Shown one piece after another: positions 36,423-46,796 of a stretch of 64,000 nucleotides of DNA. Numbering within the stretch: position 1 is the first letter of the stretch; each line of letters opens with the position of its first letter. The notes under the pieces are model-generated. The model did not search any database and was not told the DNA's origin. It saw only the letters and a list, made by a program, of their open reading frames with translations. The position numbers and the translations under genes were made by a program. Source of the stretch: an uncultured virus (IMG/VR IMGVR_UViG_3300028603_000036) (lineage: Duplodnaviria; Heunggongvirae; Uroviricota; Caudoviricetes); IMG/VR virus record IMGVR_UViG_3300028603_000036; one strand, 5' to 3'.

Positions 36423-38090
36423 ATGACCAAGCGCACCCGCCAGGATTACTTCAAGCGCGAGACTGCCGAAGTAGCCCATTTTGTAGACAGCCTGAAGGAC
36501 AACGCCATCAAGGGCGGCACCTTCGATTCCGCAGCCGCAGCCGATTTCATCGTGACGGCCACCAACCAATCAGCGGGCGTGAAAGTGCCCGAGAAGCTTC
36601 AGCATGTGCTGGATGAGGCGGGCGATGAAGATTCCTCCCTCATTACCCGCGCCATTCTGGATGGCGTGGACGTGTATGAAGCGCAGCACGGCTGCCAAGC
36701 CCCTGCTGACGTGATTGAGCTGGCTTTGCACACCGCATACGCCACCACCGAACACGCCCGCAAGAAGTTCTCCCTGGATTCGGCGAACTCGACCCACCAC
36801 GACCAGATGTCGCTTCAGCCCAACAGGGCAGTTATCGCCATTCTGGCGGCCATGGGCGAAGCTATTCCGTTCGCGCACTACCTGCCTGCCGACATCGGTT
36901 CCAACGAAGCCAAGCTGGCAATCATGACGCACCATGCTGGCAGCGCATTCGGCTCCTACGGCCAGAACGCACTGCTGGATGGCATTGCTTCTGGTGACAC
37001 CTACATCAGCTCCAGCCGCGTCCATACTTCGACGCCTGACGCTCTCGACGGCGCCGTAACCGGCAAGATCACCAAGATTCAGGCAACCGAGGACACCTGC
37101 AATCCTGCTGGCGGAGACTTGAAACTGCTGCGCGGGCGCACCATCGTTTATGTCGATGGCCGTGTGGCCGCCCGCGAAGTGGATTCGTCCGGCAGCGGCA
37201 ACTCCACCATTTCCGGCATCATCAAGGTTGCTGGTGTGGACTATGCCATCGGCGGCTCGATCAACACCGATACCGGCGCTTACGCATTGACGACCACGCC
37301 GAAGCTGCCCGATACGGTTCCTGTCGTGGTTGAAGGCTTTATCGACTTCGAGCGCGCGCCCGAGCTGACGCCATCTATCATTTCTGCCGTCAATACCTTC
37401 CCGCTGCATGCGAAGCCCTGGCGCGTAACCACGCACCAGACCATCGACAGCCGCACCCAGATGGCGAACGAACTGGGCCTCGACCCGTACAGCGAGAGTG
37501 TGATCGCCATCCAGGCGCAATTTGCCAATGAGCGCCACTACGACGTGCTGCGCAAGGGCCGCCGCCTGGCCGCGATGAACACGCAAACGTTCGACTTCGG
37601 CGACGCCGCCAGCTACAACGACGGTGGTCGTTCCGCTATCTGGGCCGACTTCGCCTACCCGCTGGGCATCGTTTCTCAGAAAATGGCGGAAGACACCATC
37701 AATCATGGTGTAACCCACCTGTACGTCGGCAAGCGTATCGCTGCGCAGTTCCTGGGCCTGCCTTCGACCATCTTCCAGCCGTCCGGCATCGCGCCGCGCC
37801 CTGGCATCTATCGCCTTGGCCGCTTGTTCGGCATGTACGAGGTGTACTACACGCCCAAGGGTCTGAACGAAACCCAAACCACCGCACAAATCCTGTGCGT
37901 GGGCCGCGCTACTGACGTGACGCGCAACCCCGTGGTGCTGGGTGATGCCGTGCCGCCCACCGTAATCCCGCTGGCGGTCAACGCCGACCTTCGTCAAGGC
38001 GCTGGCTTCTACGCCCGCAACTTCACGGCGGTCAACCCTCACGACCCGTCTTCGCGTGGCTTCGCCATGATCGAAGTCACCAACATGTAA
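36423..38090 (+). CDS. probable major capsid protein (P1 gp23-like)
   Basis: 555 aa, strong codon bias, own promoter, precedes the sheath gene. Confidence 0.7.
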   Translation: MTKRTRQDYFKRETAEVAHFVDSLKDNAIKGGTFDSAAAADFIVTATNQSAGVKVPEKLQHVLDEAGDEDSSLITRAILDGVDVYEAQHGCQAPADVIELALHTAYATTEHARKKFSLDSANSTHHDQMSLQPNRAVIAILAAMGEAIPFAHYLPADIGSNEAKLAIMTHHAGSAFGSYGQNALLDGIASGDTYISSSRVHTSTPDALDGAVTGKITKIQATEDTCNPAGGDLKLLRGRTIVYVDGRVAAREVDSSGSGNSTISGIIKVAGVDYAIGGSINTDTGAYALTTTPKLPDTVPVVVEGFIDFERAPELTPSIISAVNTFPLHAKPWRVTTHQTIDSRTQMANELGLDPYSESVIAIQAQFANERHYDVLRKGRRLAAMNTQTFDFGDAASYNDGGRSAIWADFAYPLGIVSQKMAEDTINHGVTHLYVGKRIAAQFLGLPSTIFQPSGIAPRPGIYRLGRLFGMYEVYYTPKGLNETQTTAQILCVGRATDVTRNPVVLGDAVPPTVIPLAVNADLRQGAGFYARNFTAVNPHDPSSRGFAMIEVTNM

Positions 38091-38108
38091 TCAAGGATGG
38101 ATGGAGCC

Positions 38109-38675
38109 ATGACAATTCGTAAAGTCCAATTGGGTGCTCCTTCCCTTACCGGGAAGGACTGCAACGACCTTGTAGCCGAGACGTTCGCTGACGCCAAGTA
38201 TCCGCTCAACGTGCTGGTACAGAACCACATGCCGCGCGACGTGGTGTTTCCCGAGGCGAAAGGTCTTTTCCTGCGCCACGTAGCCAATCCCAAGGAAAGC
38301 AAAGCGTCCGTCGTGATTGACAGCCACGACCTGTTTCAGCGCCTAGCCTCCAGCATTGAGCAGGTGGCCGAGCTGAACGGCTATGAGCTGGCCCTGACCA
38401 TTTCGGAATCGGCCGCAGTTGCAGACCCGGCCAAAACCGCAGCCACCAATGCTGGCGGAACGGAAAGCGCCGCAAAACCGTCTGACGGTCTGAGCGCCGA
38501 GCAGATCAAGGAGCTACTGAAGGAAAAGGGCATCAAGTTCGCATCCAACGCCAAGAAGGATGAGCTTGCTGCGCTGCTGGACGCCGCGCCTGCTGAAACC
38601 GACAACACCGCCGACACCGCCAATGCTGGCGGCACGGAAGGCACTGGCGCAGCCGGTGCTGGTGAGAACGCTTAA
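38109..38675 (+). CDS. protein with HeH/SAP-like domain
   Basis: LSAEQIKELLKEKGIKFASNAKKDELAALL flanked by two NAGGTE repeats. Confidence 0.65.
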   Translation: MTIRKVQLGAPSLTGKDCNDLVAETFADAKYPLNVLVQNHMPRDVVFPEAKGLFLRHVANPKESKASVVIDSHDLFQRLASSIEQVAELNGYELALTISESAAVADPAKTAATNAGGTESAAKPSDGLSAEQIKELLKEKGIKFASNAKKDELAALLDAAPAETDNTADTANAGGTEGTGAAGAGENA

Positions 38676-38688
38676 TAGGGGGTAGGCC

Positions 38689-40344
38689 ATGAGCACCGCA
38701 TTCGTGCGACAACTGGGCGCGGAATCTGGGGTGCAGCTTAACCCGCTGCGCGACGCATCCGAGATTCCCGCCGGTGATAACTCCGATCAGGTTTTCGGCA
38801 TCATGATGCGCGCCACTCGTGGCCGCATCGACAAACCTTTTGCCGTTGATCGTGGCAACGTGTTCAAGAAGCTGGGCAGTGGTGAGCAGATTCGTCTGAA
38901 TGCCCTGAACGAAGCTTGGGTTCACGTTGTTGAAGCTCTGAACAAGGGCGCATACCAGGCCGTAATCCAGCGCCTGGTGACGGACTCTGCCGTCATCAAG
39001 TGGGCGGTAGTCAAACCTGAAGTGGCCGACACCACGCCCACTGGTGCCTTCGAGTTCACCGTTTCTGATGATGAGCCGGTTGGCAGCTACCTGTTTGCGG
39101 TCAAGCACCTGGGCTGCTTTAACGACGGCATCGTGCTGGAGTTCCGTGCCGAGGAAGTTGAAGAGGGCGGACTGCCTGCCGATAACGACAAGCTGACCCT
39201 GCGCCTGCGCGACAAGGAAGGCAACATGCTGTACGAGTTCTACGGTTCGCTGAAGAGCGATGCCAAGGACGACTACGGCAACTCCGCTTACCTGCCCGAC
39301 GTAGTTTTGAGCCAAACGGACGAGGTGGAGATTCTTGTTGGCTCCATTGGCGATGACGCTGTGATCGCCGCTGGCTCCGACGCCTACGGCTACAACTCCA
39401 ACGGCCAGCAGAAATGGGCCAAGTCGGACGCCCTGGTGTGCTTCAGCGAAGGCGGCACCGCCTACACCACGCAAAACTACATGGCTGCGCGTGAAAAGCT
39501 GCAATACACCCAGCTCGACTACGCCTACGTGTCGTCCGGCGGCACCCAGGCGCCCGCTCTGCTGGCGCAACTGGCGCAACTGGCGTTCGACACCAACCGC
39601 CAGCTCCGCTTTGGTGTTCCGGGCAATCTGTCGCCGGAAGCGGCTGTTGCTTTCGTGAATCAGCTCAATATGGGAGCCAGCCCGACCGCGCACCTGATGC
39701 ACGCTTTTTGGTCGCCGCTCAAGACTGACGACCCGACTGGCGTAAACCCGCATGGGTTCATCGGCACCGAAACGCTCAACATCGCCTATGCCTGCGGGCG
39801 TAACGCGGTGAAGAACGCCAAGGGTTTCGCGCCGAAGAATTACCCTATCGCGGGCCGCGAGTGGCCGGTGCAACGCACCCGCATCGTGCAGGTGTACTCG
39901 CCGACCAATCAGGAGCTGAATCTGCTGGCGCGCGCCAAGATCAACCCGGTGATCTACGAGACGTACACCGGCGGCGGTCGCTATGTGTTCCGCGACTCGC
40001 TGACTTGTGCCTTGGTGGAATCCAGCCTGAAGAAGCTCATTGCGGTGGCCGATATGTCCACTCACATTGACGATGCCGTGACCCGCGCCGCGAAGGACTA
40101 TCTGCAATTGCCGATGGAAACCTCCGTGAAGCGGATGCGCGATTACCTGACCTTCCTGTTTGAAGGCGCAGAGGCGTCTAAGTGGCTGGTTCCGTCGGCT
40201 GACCCAATGATGAACGGCAAGGCGTGGGCCTACCAGGTGCAGCCCAACGAGCTGCGCCCCTACGACTCCATGGATGTGTCGTACTGGCTCCGCTATGACG
40301 GCACCAACCGCCAGACGTTTGTAACCCAGACGCTGACCCGCTAA
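38689..40344 (+). CDS. probable tail sheath protein
   Basis: 551 aa; ELNLLARAKINPV sheath-like C-terminal motif. Confidence 0.7.
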   Translation: MSTAFVRQLGAESGVQLNPLRDASEIPAGDNSDQVFGIMMRATRGRIDKPFAVDRGNVFKKLGSGEQIRLNALNEAWVHVVEALNKGAYQAVIQRLVTDSAVIKWAVVKPEVADTTPTGAFEFTVSDDEPVGSYLFAVKHLGCFNDGIVLEFRAEEVEEGGLPADNDKLTLRLRDKEGNMLYEFYGSLKSDAKDDYGNSAYLPDVVLSQTDEVEILVGSIGDDAVIAAGSDAYGYNSNGQQKWAKSDALVCFSEGGTAYTTQNYMAAREKLQYTQLDYAYVSSGGTQAPALLAQLAQLAFDTNRQLRFGVPGNLSPEAAVAFVNQLNMGASPTAHLMHAFWSPLKTDDPTGVNPHGFIGTETLNIAYACGRNAVKNAKGFAPKNYPIAGREWPVQRTRIVQVYSPTNQELNLLARAKINPVIYETYTGGGRYVFRDSLTCALVESSLKKLIAVADMSTHIDDAVTRAAKDYLQLPMETSVKRMRDYLTFLFEGAEASKWLVPSADPMMNGKAWAYQVQPNELRPYDSMDVSYWLRYDGTNRQTFVTQTLTR

Positions 40345-40366
40345 CCATCATCGACAAGGAAACATT

Positions 40367-41059
40367 ATGAGCATGAGCGAAATGTTGCGCGCTGCCATGA
40401 AGCAGCAAGGCAACAAGCAGAAGCCGGTGCTGGATGACGCTGGTGAAGGCCCGGCGCTGTCCGGCGCGGATGACTACACCATCCACGACATCAGCATGGC
40501 GTCGGTCGCTGCCGTGCAGCAGTGGGCGGAAACCGACGACCTGGACGATGGCGAAAGCTACTCCGACCGCCTGATGGCGCTCTTTGTGGGCATCGCTGAC
40601 GCCAACAAGGACGGCGACATCACCGAGGAAGAGCAGGGCGTACTGAACGTGGCACTCAATGCAGGCTGGGATTACCTGGTCAAGCTGGGTGTCACTGAAG
40701 AGGATGCCGGTTCCCTGCTGAACGACTGGGATGATGAGGCCGCCGACCGTGTGCGCGATCTGGTGGCTTCTGTGCTACCCGAGGGCGAGGATGAAGCCGG
40801 TTCTGAGATTGACAGTTTCGTGTTCTCTGAAGAAGACCAGGAATCCGCCCTGGATGCTGTTCTGGATGCCGTGTACCGGAAGAAGCTGGTTGTTCGCAAC
40901 GGCAAGAAGGTTCGCGTCAACAAGCGTATTTCCGGCGTGGTTCGGCTTTCTCCCAAGCAGAAGGTCGCCATCCGCAAAGCGCGCATGAAGAGTCATTCTG
41001 CCGGAGCCATGATGCGGCGCATGAAGTCCATGCGCCTGCGCCGTAAGTCCGGTCTGTAA
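40367..41059 (+). CDS. probable prohead core-like protein
   Basis: Acidic body with very basic tail ARMKSHSAGAMMRRMKSMRLRRK. Confidence 0.55.
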   Translation: MSMSEMLRAAMKQQGNKQKPVLDDAGEGPALSGADDYTIHDISMASVAAVQQWAETDDLDDGESYSDRLMALFVGIADANKDGDITEEEQGVLNVALNAGWDYLVKLGVTEEDAGSLLNDWDDEAADRVRDLVASVLPEGEDEAGSEIDSFVFSEEDQESALDAVLDAVYRKKLVVRNGKKVRVNKRISGVVRLSPKQKVAIRKARMKSHSAGAMMRRMKSMRLRRKSGL

Positions 41060-41123
41060 ATAACCGCTGCCGAGGGGCTTTAGGCGCCGCTGTGCAATAG
41101 CCGGTGGCGCCGTTTTTTATGCC

Positions 41124-41945
41124 ATGAACAACTTTCCTATCGGAATGCCCGCCAGCTTGACCGGCCCTGTTCTCACGTCTTTGTGGGATGGCCTGTCGCC
41201 ACACCTCATAGCGTCGTTCTACGAGGTTGCCAAAACGGGCGAACATACATGGGGCCGCATCGAGGGCGAGGGCGGCACTGACCCGGTGACGGTGCTTGCG
41301 CCGCTGACCGAGGCCAATCTGGAAATGGTGCTCAACTGGCAATCGCCATTCGAGCAATCCGGCCCCGAGTCACGCGCCCCCGCGCTGATGGCAATGCTCC
41401 AGTCCGGCGCGTTGCAGCCGGTGGTGGATGCCGTGATGGGCAAGCAAAAGGAAGGCGAGGGCGATGCGCAGTCAAAGTCCGGCGAGTTCCTGAAGCAGTT
41501 TGAGGGCCGTACCGGCATTACCAAGCTGAACAGCACCCAGGTTTTCAACGGTATGCCGCCAGTCAAAATTACCGTGGTGGCGCTGTTTCGGGCTTGGCGC
41601 AATGCGGCCAGCGAGGTCGAAGCGCCGTTTGACAAGCTGATGGAGTGGGCGCTTCCCGTGGAGCTGTCCGAGGATGGATCTGTGCTGGCGCGGGCCGTGG
41701 AGACGGCCAAGGGCGACATGGGCTACATCGAAGCCCTGATGCCATCGAAGTCTCCGACGCGGATAGCCATGAAGTACAAGGGCCGCGTGTTTTCTCCCCT
41801 GGTTATCGAATCCATCGGCATGCCATTGAGTTCGCCGGTGAACAGCAGCGGGCAATTCGTCCAGCTTGCCGTACCCATGACGCTTTGCACCTTGACCGCG
41901 CTCGACCGCAAGGACTGGAGCAATGCGTCGTTTGCTTCTCTGTAG
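41124..41945 (+). CDS. tail/baseplate-region hypothetical protein
   Basis: 273-aa ORF in the late region. Confidence 0.6.
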   Translation: MNNFPIGMPASLTGPVLTSLWDGLSPHLIASFYEVAKTGEHTWGRIEGEGGTDPVTVLAPLTEANLEMVLNWQSPFEQSGPESRAPALMAMLQSGALQPVVDAVMGKQKEGEGDAQSKSGEFLKQFEGRTGITKLNSTQVFNGMPPVKITVVALFRAWRNAASEVEAPFDKLMEWALPVELSEDGSVLARAVETAKGDMGYIEALMPSKSPTRIAMKYKGRVFSPLVIESIGMPLSSPVNSSGQFVQLAVPMTLCTLTALDRKDWSNASFASL

Positions 41946-41953
41946 GAGGGAGC

Positions 41954-42739
41954 GTGATTCATTTTCCACCACTGCGCACACGCCGCCTGACGGTGCAATT
42001 GCGTGAGCTGAGTATCAGCGAGTCGGTCGCCATCGCCGCCATGCCGCCCCACCTTGAGGAAGCCGAGTGTACGGCCTTCCTGCGAGCTGCCGTGCAGTCC
42101 GCAAAGGGCATTGAAGATCCCGCGCACTGGACGGTGCAAGAGCGGATGCTGGCTGTATGTCACTACCTGGCCTCCACGTCCGATGATGGCCCGGATTTCG
42201 CCGTCGGTGGCGGGCATTACTCGGACTACCTGGACGGCGCGTCCGATATACAGACCCAGGCACCCATGATTGAGCTGGGCGAGCTGGGCGGCGATACCTG
42301 GAAGATTCAGAACCTGACCGGGCGCATGGTGGAGTCCATTGAGCGCATGGAGGGCGAGATACAGAACGCCTCCGGCCAGCCGTTCACGGGCCGCCTGCAC
42401 TGGATTCTGGGCGGCATGGCAGCGCAGTTGGTGCGCGCCAGCGAGGAGGCGCCGGATACGGCCATGGCCGATGGTGCATTCGATGAATACCTTGTGGAGC
42501 GTATGCGCGTGATGGCGGCCTTCCCTGGCAGCGACTTCGAGGCGCTGATGGGCATGTACCTGACGGGCCGTCAGAAGCTGAATCACCTGTTCAAGATCGA
42601 GTTTTCACCCGGCGGCGTCGTGGCTATGCCGAAAGGAGGGGCGGCAGCGAACCTGCCGCCAGCGCGATTTCCGGTGCGTACCTGCCTCTCTCGCGTCGCG
42701 CTCGAACTGGTCGGAAAACCTGATGAGTCTGGCGTCTAG
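41954..42739 (+). CDS. tail/baseplate-region hypothetical protein
   Basis: RBS AGGAGG, GTG start. Confidence 0.6.
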   Translation: MIHFPPLRTRRLTVQLRELSISESVAIAAMPPHLEEAECTAFLRAAVQSAKGIEDPAHWTVQERMLAVCHYLASTSDDGPDFAVGGGHYSDYLDGASDIQTQAPMIELGELGGDTWKIQNLTGRMVESIERMEGEIQNASGQPFTGRLHWILGGMAAQLVRASEEAPDTAMADGAFDEYLVERMRVMAAFPGSDFEALMGMYLTGRQKLNHLFKIEFSPGGVVAMPKGGAAANLPPARFPVRTCLSRVALELVGKPDESGV

Positions 42740-42753
42740 CCTGACCCTATATT
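42713..42753 (+). promoter_or_regulatory. late promoter motif 3 (upstream of lysis genes)
   Basis: GGAAAA-N29-TATATT. Confidence 0.65.
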
Positions 42754-42953
42754 CATCAACATCCCTAGCCGAAGCCATGCAAATGCAACCGAGCGTGGCA
42801 AGGAAATTCTTTGAGGGCAAACCGTTCAACGATTGGAAAAAAGGAAGGGAGTCCGAATTGAAGATGCAAGCGGCAATTGTGAATCGGCTGAATGACGTGA
42901 TACGCGCCAGTGTGATCGTCGCTAAGACCATTTCAAGGACTCGACAACTATGA
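42723..42953 (+). CDS. small hypothetical protein
   Basis: Overlaps neighbours; start uncertain. Confidence 0.5.
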   Translation: MSLASSLTLYSSTSLAEAMQMQPSVARKFFEGKPFNDWKKGRESELKMQAAIVNRLNDVIRASVIVAKTISRTRQL

Positions 42954-43222
42954 CCGAGAAAGTAAGTGATGAGCGCTGTTTGCCAGCGGAGACGATTTCC
43001 GCCCGTGCCGCTGACCGCGCAGTGAAAAAGGTGTTCGCCATTCTCGGGGTGGACATTGACCGGCCGGAAAGCATCGAAGAGTTCCGCGCCGACCTGCGGT
43101 TTGGCAGGAAGCTGCGCCGGATTGCCGACCACGGAACCTTGGCGTTCATAGGCGTCGTGGCTGCGGCGCTGGCCGCCGCAATTTGGGCTGGCGTGGTGTC
43201 AAAGATTTCTGGGGGCAACTGA
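42950..43222 (+). CDS. small membrane protein of the lysis cassette
   Basis: C-terminal TM; coupled to endolysin. Confidence 0.6.
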   Translation: MTEKVSDERCLPAETISARAADRAVKKVFAILGVDIDRPESIEEFRADLRFGRKLRRIADHGTLAFIGVVAAALAAAIWAGVVSKISGGN

Positions 43223-43845
43223 TGAAAATCGAAGACCTGTTCCGCAACCTGCTTGGCGCAATTACCAAGCCAGCAGCCCAAGCGCCTGCGCCCGTCGTCG
43301 TGTCGGGCCAGGCTGAACCCGTTGTGAGCAATCCGCCCGCGCCCGGCACCGTGGTGACTTTCGAGGCGGCATTCGAGCGCCTGATAGGCCACGAAGGCGG
43401 GTATGTGAACCATCCTGACGACCCTGGTGGAGAAACGAACTGGGGAATCACGCTGCGCACCGCCCGCTCTGCCGGGTACACCGGCAGCATGCGCGACCTG
43501 ACGCGGGAGCAGGCCAAGGAAATCTACCGGGCCGAATATTGGAGCCGCGCGCGCAGCGAAGAGCTGGATGGCGCAATTGCGTTCCAGGTGTTCGATGCTG
43601 CCGTGAACCACGGTATCGGCAACGCTATCCGGTTCCTGCAACGCGCTGCCGAGGTGGCGGACGATGGCGCTATCGGCCCCGTGACTCTGGCCGCAGTGAA
43701 GGCGATGAGCGTGACGGACGTTCTGGCCCGGTTCAATGCCGAGCGACTGATTTTCTACACCAACCTATCAACCTGGGGTTCGTTTGGCCGTGGCTGGGCG
43801 CGCCGTGTGGCTGGCAATCTGCAATACGCAGCGGAGGATTCGTAA
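43222..43845 (+). CDS. endolysin, glycoside hydrolase family 108
   Basis: HEGGYVNHPDDPGGETNWGIT, FDAAVNHG, FGRGWARR. Confidence 0.93.
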   Translation: MKIEDLFRNLLGAITKPAAQAPAPVVVSGQAEPVVSNPPAPGTVVTFEAAFERLIGHEGGYVNHPDDPGGETNWGITLRTARSAGYTGSMRDLTREQAKEIYRAEYWSRARSEELDGAIAFQVFDAAVNHGIGNAIRFLQRAAEVADDGAIGPVTLAAVKAMSVTDVLARFNAERLIFYTNLSTWGSFGRGWARRVAGNLQYAAEDS

Positions 43846-44447
43846 TGGAATGGAAAGATATTGCGGGGATAGTCGGCAAGGCTGCCCCCATCGTGGGCGG
43901 GCTGATTGGCGGCCCTGCTGGGGCTGCCGTGGGCGGTTTGGTGGCCTCTGCCCTGGGAACCGAGGCGACGCCTGACGCCATTTCTCGCGCGCTGGAAACT
44001 GACCCGCAGGCCGCTGTAAAGCTCAAGGAGCTGGAGGTCAATTCCAAGACGCAACTCCAGACCCTGGCCGTAACTGCCGAAAACAACCGGCTCCAGGCGG
44101 CTGCCGTGCAGTACGCGGCGGAGGCGGCTGACCGCGACAGCGCCCGGCGACTGGCCGCGCAGCAGACGAAGGACTGGGTGCGCCCGTCCGTTACCGTGCT
44201 CTTGCTCATGGGAGCGGGCGTCATTGTCTGGTTCGTTTTCTCTGGCATGGCCGACGGCCTGCTGAAAGACGCCACGGCCAGCCTGACCATCGGCACCATC
44301 ATCGGCTACTGGTTCAACGAACTGAAGCAGGTGCTGGCGTTCTGGTTCGGAACTACTGGCGAATCGCAGCATGCGAACGAGGAAGTCCGGCGTTTTGCCG
44401 TTACGCCCGGCTCCGTAACCATCGACTCCGTGCCGAGCAAGAAATAG
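43845..44447 (+). CDS. probable holin-like membrane protein
   Basis: Gly-rich N-terminus, DRDSAR, two TMs, AFWFG. Confidence 0.7.
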   Translation: MEWKDIAGIVGKAAPIVGGLIGGPAGAAVGGLVASALGTEATPDAISRALETDPQAAVKLKELEVNSKTQLQTLAVTAENNRLQAAAVQYAAEAADRDSARRLAAQQTKDWVRPSVTVLLLMGAGVIVWFVFSGMADGLLKDATASLTIGTIIGYWFNELKQVLAFWFGTTGESQHANEEVRRFAVTPGSVTIDSVPSKK

Positions 44448-44481
44448 TCCTGTCCGGCTGCCGCTCCCCCTGCTGGCAGCC

Positions 44482-44522
44482 GGAAAACAAGGGGGTGCGG
44501 CGTGGCGGCGCACCCGTACAGT
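44482..44522 (+). promoter_or_regulatory. late promoter motif 4
   Basis: GGAAAA-N29-TACAGT. Confidence 0.75.
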
Positions 44523-44556
44523 GCAGGGGTGACTTCACACACCATAAGGACACGAA

Positions 44557-45078
44557 ATGACTGTTTCCAATGCTGCCTATCTCAAGGGCTTTTATGACCA
44601 GACCGCCGCCCTGGGCGCGAAGGTCATTTCCAGCGACTTCACATTTGAAATCGAAGGTTTCGAGGGCAATTACCTGCTGTGCAAGCAGGCTCCCTGGCCC
44701 GAGCTTTCGCCCGCCGGTGAAATCGAGGTTCCCACTCCGCTTGGCGCTACCCTGTGGCAGCCCCAGCAACTGAAGGTTGCCCAGCAGGGCCAAATCTCCC
44801 TCATGGAGACGGTCGCCGGTAACATCGACCAGATGCTGGTCGAGCTGATTACCCGTGGCGGCACGTACCCCAGCGGGGGCGGCACCTTTAATGCGAAGAT
44901 CTACGAAGGCACTCCCCAGAAGTTCCTGCGGGCCAAGCGCATCATTGATGCGTTCATCCAGATGGACATCCCTGACCGTGACTGGGAGAACCGTTCGCAG
45001 CCGCTCTTGTTCAGCGGAACGATCTTCTACCACTACTTCGGCGAACTCATCCCTGGCAACTCGGGTGACTACCGCTGA
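44557..45078 (+). CDS. probable tail tube/baseplate protein
   Basis: 173 aa, beta-rich pattern, own promoter. Confidence 0.55.
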   Translation: MTVSNAAYLKGFYDQTAALGAKVISSDFTFEIEGFEGNYLLCKQAPWPELSPAGEIEVPTPLGATLWQPQQLKVAQQGQISLMETVAGNIDQMLVELITRGGTYPSGGGTFNAKIYEGTPQKFLRAKRIIDAFIQMDIPDRDWENRSQPLLFSGTIFYHYFGELIPGNSGDYR

Positions 45079-45464
45079 TGACCAGGCTGGCCGACTTGGC
45101 GAAATCCTTCGCAGAGGATGAGCGGCCAGCGGGCAACCTGCTGGACGATGAGTCTGTTTTGGCTCAAGCCATTGCTGCAACCCGGTTCTACGCCGGGTTT
45201 GCAGCTTTGCGCGACCATGAAGGCAAGGAGCCGCCGGAGCAGTCCATAGGCGGCGATACCGGCATCACCACGTCAGAGTGGGCGCTGGTGCGACCGCTGT
45301 TCTTGCTCTACATGGAGCGGGAGACGGCGCTGCAACTGGAGGCATCGCGCGGCATGGGCGCCGACCCATTCGGGCGCTCATCCAGCGAAATCGCCATCGA
45401 AATCACGCAACTCGAATCGGAAATGCCGCGCAAGGCGTTTTATCAGCCGATCATCACCATATAA
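45078..45464 (+). CDS. hypothetical virion protein
   Basis: Coupled ORF. Confidence 0.6.
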   Translation: MTRLADLAKSFAEDERPAGNLLDDESVLAQAIAATRFYAGFAALRDHEGKEPPEQSIGGDTGITTSEWALVRPLFLLYMERETALQLEASRGMGADPFGRSSSEIAIEITQLESEMPRKAFYQPIITI

Positions 45465-45473
45465 GGGGCGGCC

Positions 45474-46379
45474 ATGCTCCTATTCCTAGAAAACGGCAAG
45501 CAGGTACGCGGCGACCTTATCAAGTCCGCCACGTTGCGCTCCGACATGGCTCCCGTACCTGTGACCCTGGAGGCCGACATTCGGGCCGGTGACGATAGCC
45601 TGGAGCTGGACAAGATGCTGGCCGAGGGCAAGACGCTGGAAATCGGCGGTGGCGACAAGCTGCATATCGTCAAGTCCGTCCGCACTGCTGGGCGGACAAC
45701 TCAAGCCGAGCGCGAAGTGGCTGCATATCGCGTCACGGCGCTGCTTGATTCCTGTCTTGGTGCGGCCTACGTCCGTAGCCGGGCCATTATCAAAGAAGAT
45801 GCCGCGCTGTCCGCCATTTACAAGGCGGCAGGCGCGACCCTGAAGGCGGTAGATGCTGACTTCCCTGTTCCTCGTTTTTATTGCCCGGTGGGTGAAACGC
45901 CGACGTTCCATATTTCCCGCGCCCTGCAAGAAGAGGGCGGCGTTGTGCGCTGGCGTAATGGCAAGCTCCAATTCATCCGCCTGCCTGACCTGTTCACGCA
46001 AGAGTCTGTACTGACGCTTCCTGACAACGCTTCGGATGATGTAGACGGCGGCTTCCTGGAGCGCCACGAGGTTCCGTGGTTCTTTTCCCTGGATGCGGCA
46101 GGGCAGGCCGTATTCGGTGCGCGCGACAAGCCCCGTGTGGTTCGATTTTCGCCGCATAAGAATGTGCAGCGGCTACGGAACATGACACGGTGCCTGGTGC
46201 ATCGCAAGACCGTGAAAATCAACTATGACGCTCGCCTGGGTGCGGGTGACCTGATTGCCTTCGCGGGTGGCCTAAAGCTCGCCGTCATCACCGCTGCGCA
46301 CTTCTTCAGCAGCGGAACGGACGACGGCGGCGACAGCGAAACCTACACCCGGCTATGGCTGGGCGCACTGGAGGAATGA
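45474..46379 (+). CDS. probable baseplate hub protein
   Basis: Immediately upstream of the spike gene. Confidence 0.55.
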   Translation: MLLFLENGKQVRGDLIKSATLRSDMAPVPVTLEADIRAGDDSLELDKMLAEGKTLEIGGGDKLHIVKSVRTAGRTTQAEREVAAYRVTALLDSCLGAAYVRSRAIIKEDAALSAIYKAAGATLKAVDADFPVPRFYCPVGETPTFHISRALQEEGGVVRWRNGKLQFIRLPDLFTQESVLTLPDNASDDVDGGFLERHEVPWFFSLDAAGQAVFGARDKPRVVRFSPHKNVQRLRNMTRCLVHRKTVKINYDARLGAGDLIAFAGGLKLAVITAAHFFSSGTDDGGDSETYTRLWLGALEE

Positions 46380-46795
46380 TGCAATACGGAACCATGCCGG
46401 GGCGCTATCCGGCTATCGTGCGCTCCTACGACCAAGCCAAGCGGACATGCCGCGTTGAAATACCGGGCCTGACCGATGGCGGCGACGTGCTGCCGGAAGC
46501 CGAAATCGAATACCCAATAGGCGACAAGTCGCGGGCGGGGGCGAATACCACAGAGCTTGAGATCCTTTCGGGCGACACAGTTTGGGTGGCATTTATCGGC
46601 GGCGACGCGCGCTATCCGATCATCACTGGCTACAGAAACCCGGAGGCTGGCAACTCCGCCGACTGGCGGCGCTGGCACCATCCGAATATAGAGCTGCTGG
46701 CCGACGGCACCATGCGCCTGGCTGTCGGGCCGTCTGAAATCGTGATGACGCCTGACGGCATTGTGATGAATGCCCCGCGAATCGACATGAACTGA
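46376..46795 (+). CDS. baseplate spike (gpV/gp5 OB-fold)
   Basis: CRVEIPGL, GDTVWVAFIGGDARYPIITG. Confidence 0.85.
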   Translation: MMQYGTMPGRYPAIVRSYDQAKRTCRVEIPGLTDGGDVLPEAEIEYPIGDKSRAGANTTELEILSGDTVWVAFIGGDARYPIITGYRNPEAGNSADWRRWHHPNIELLADGTMRLAVGPSEIVMTPDGIVMNAPRIDMN

Positions 46796-46796
46796 T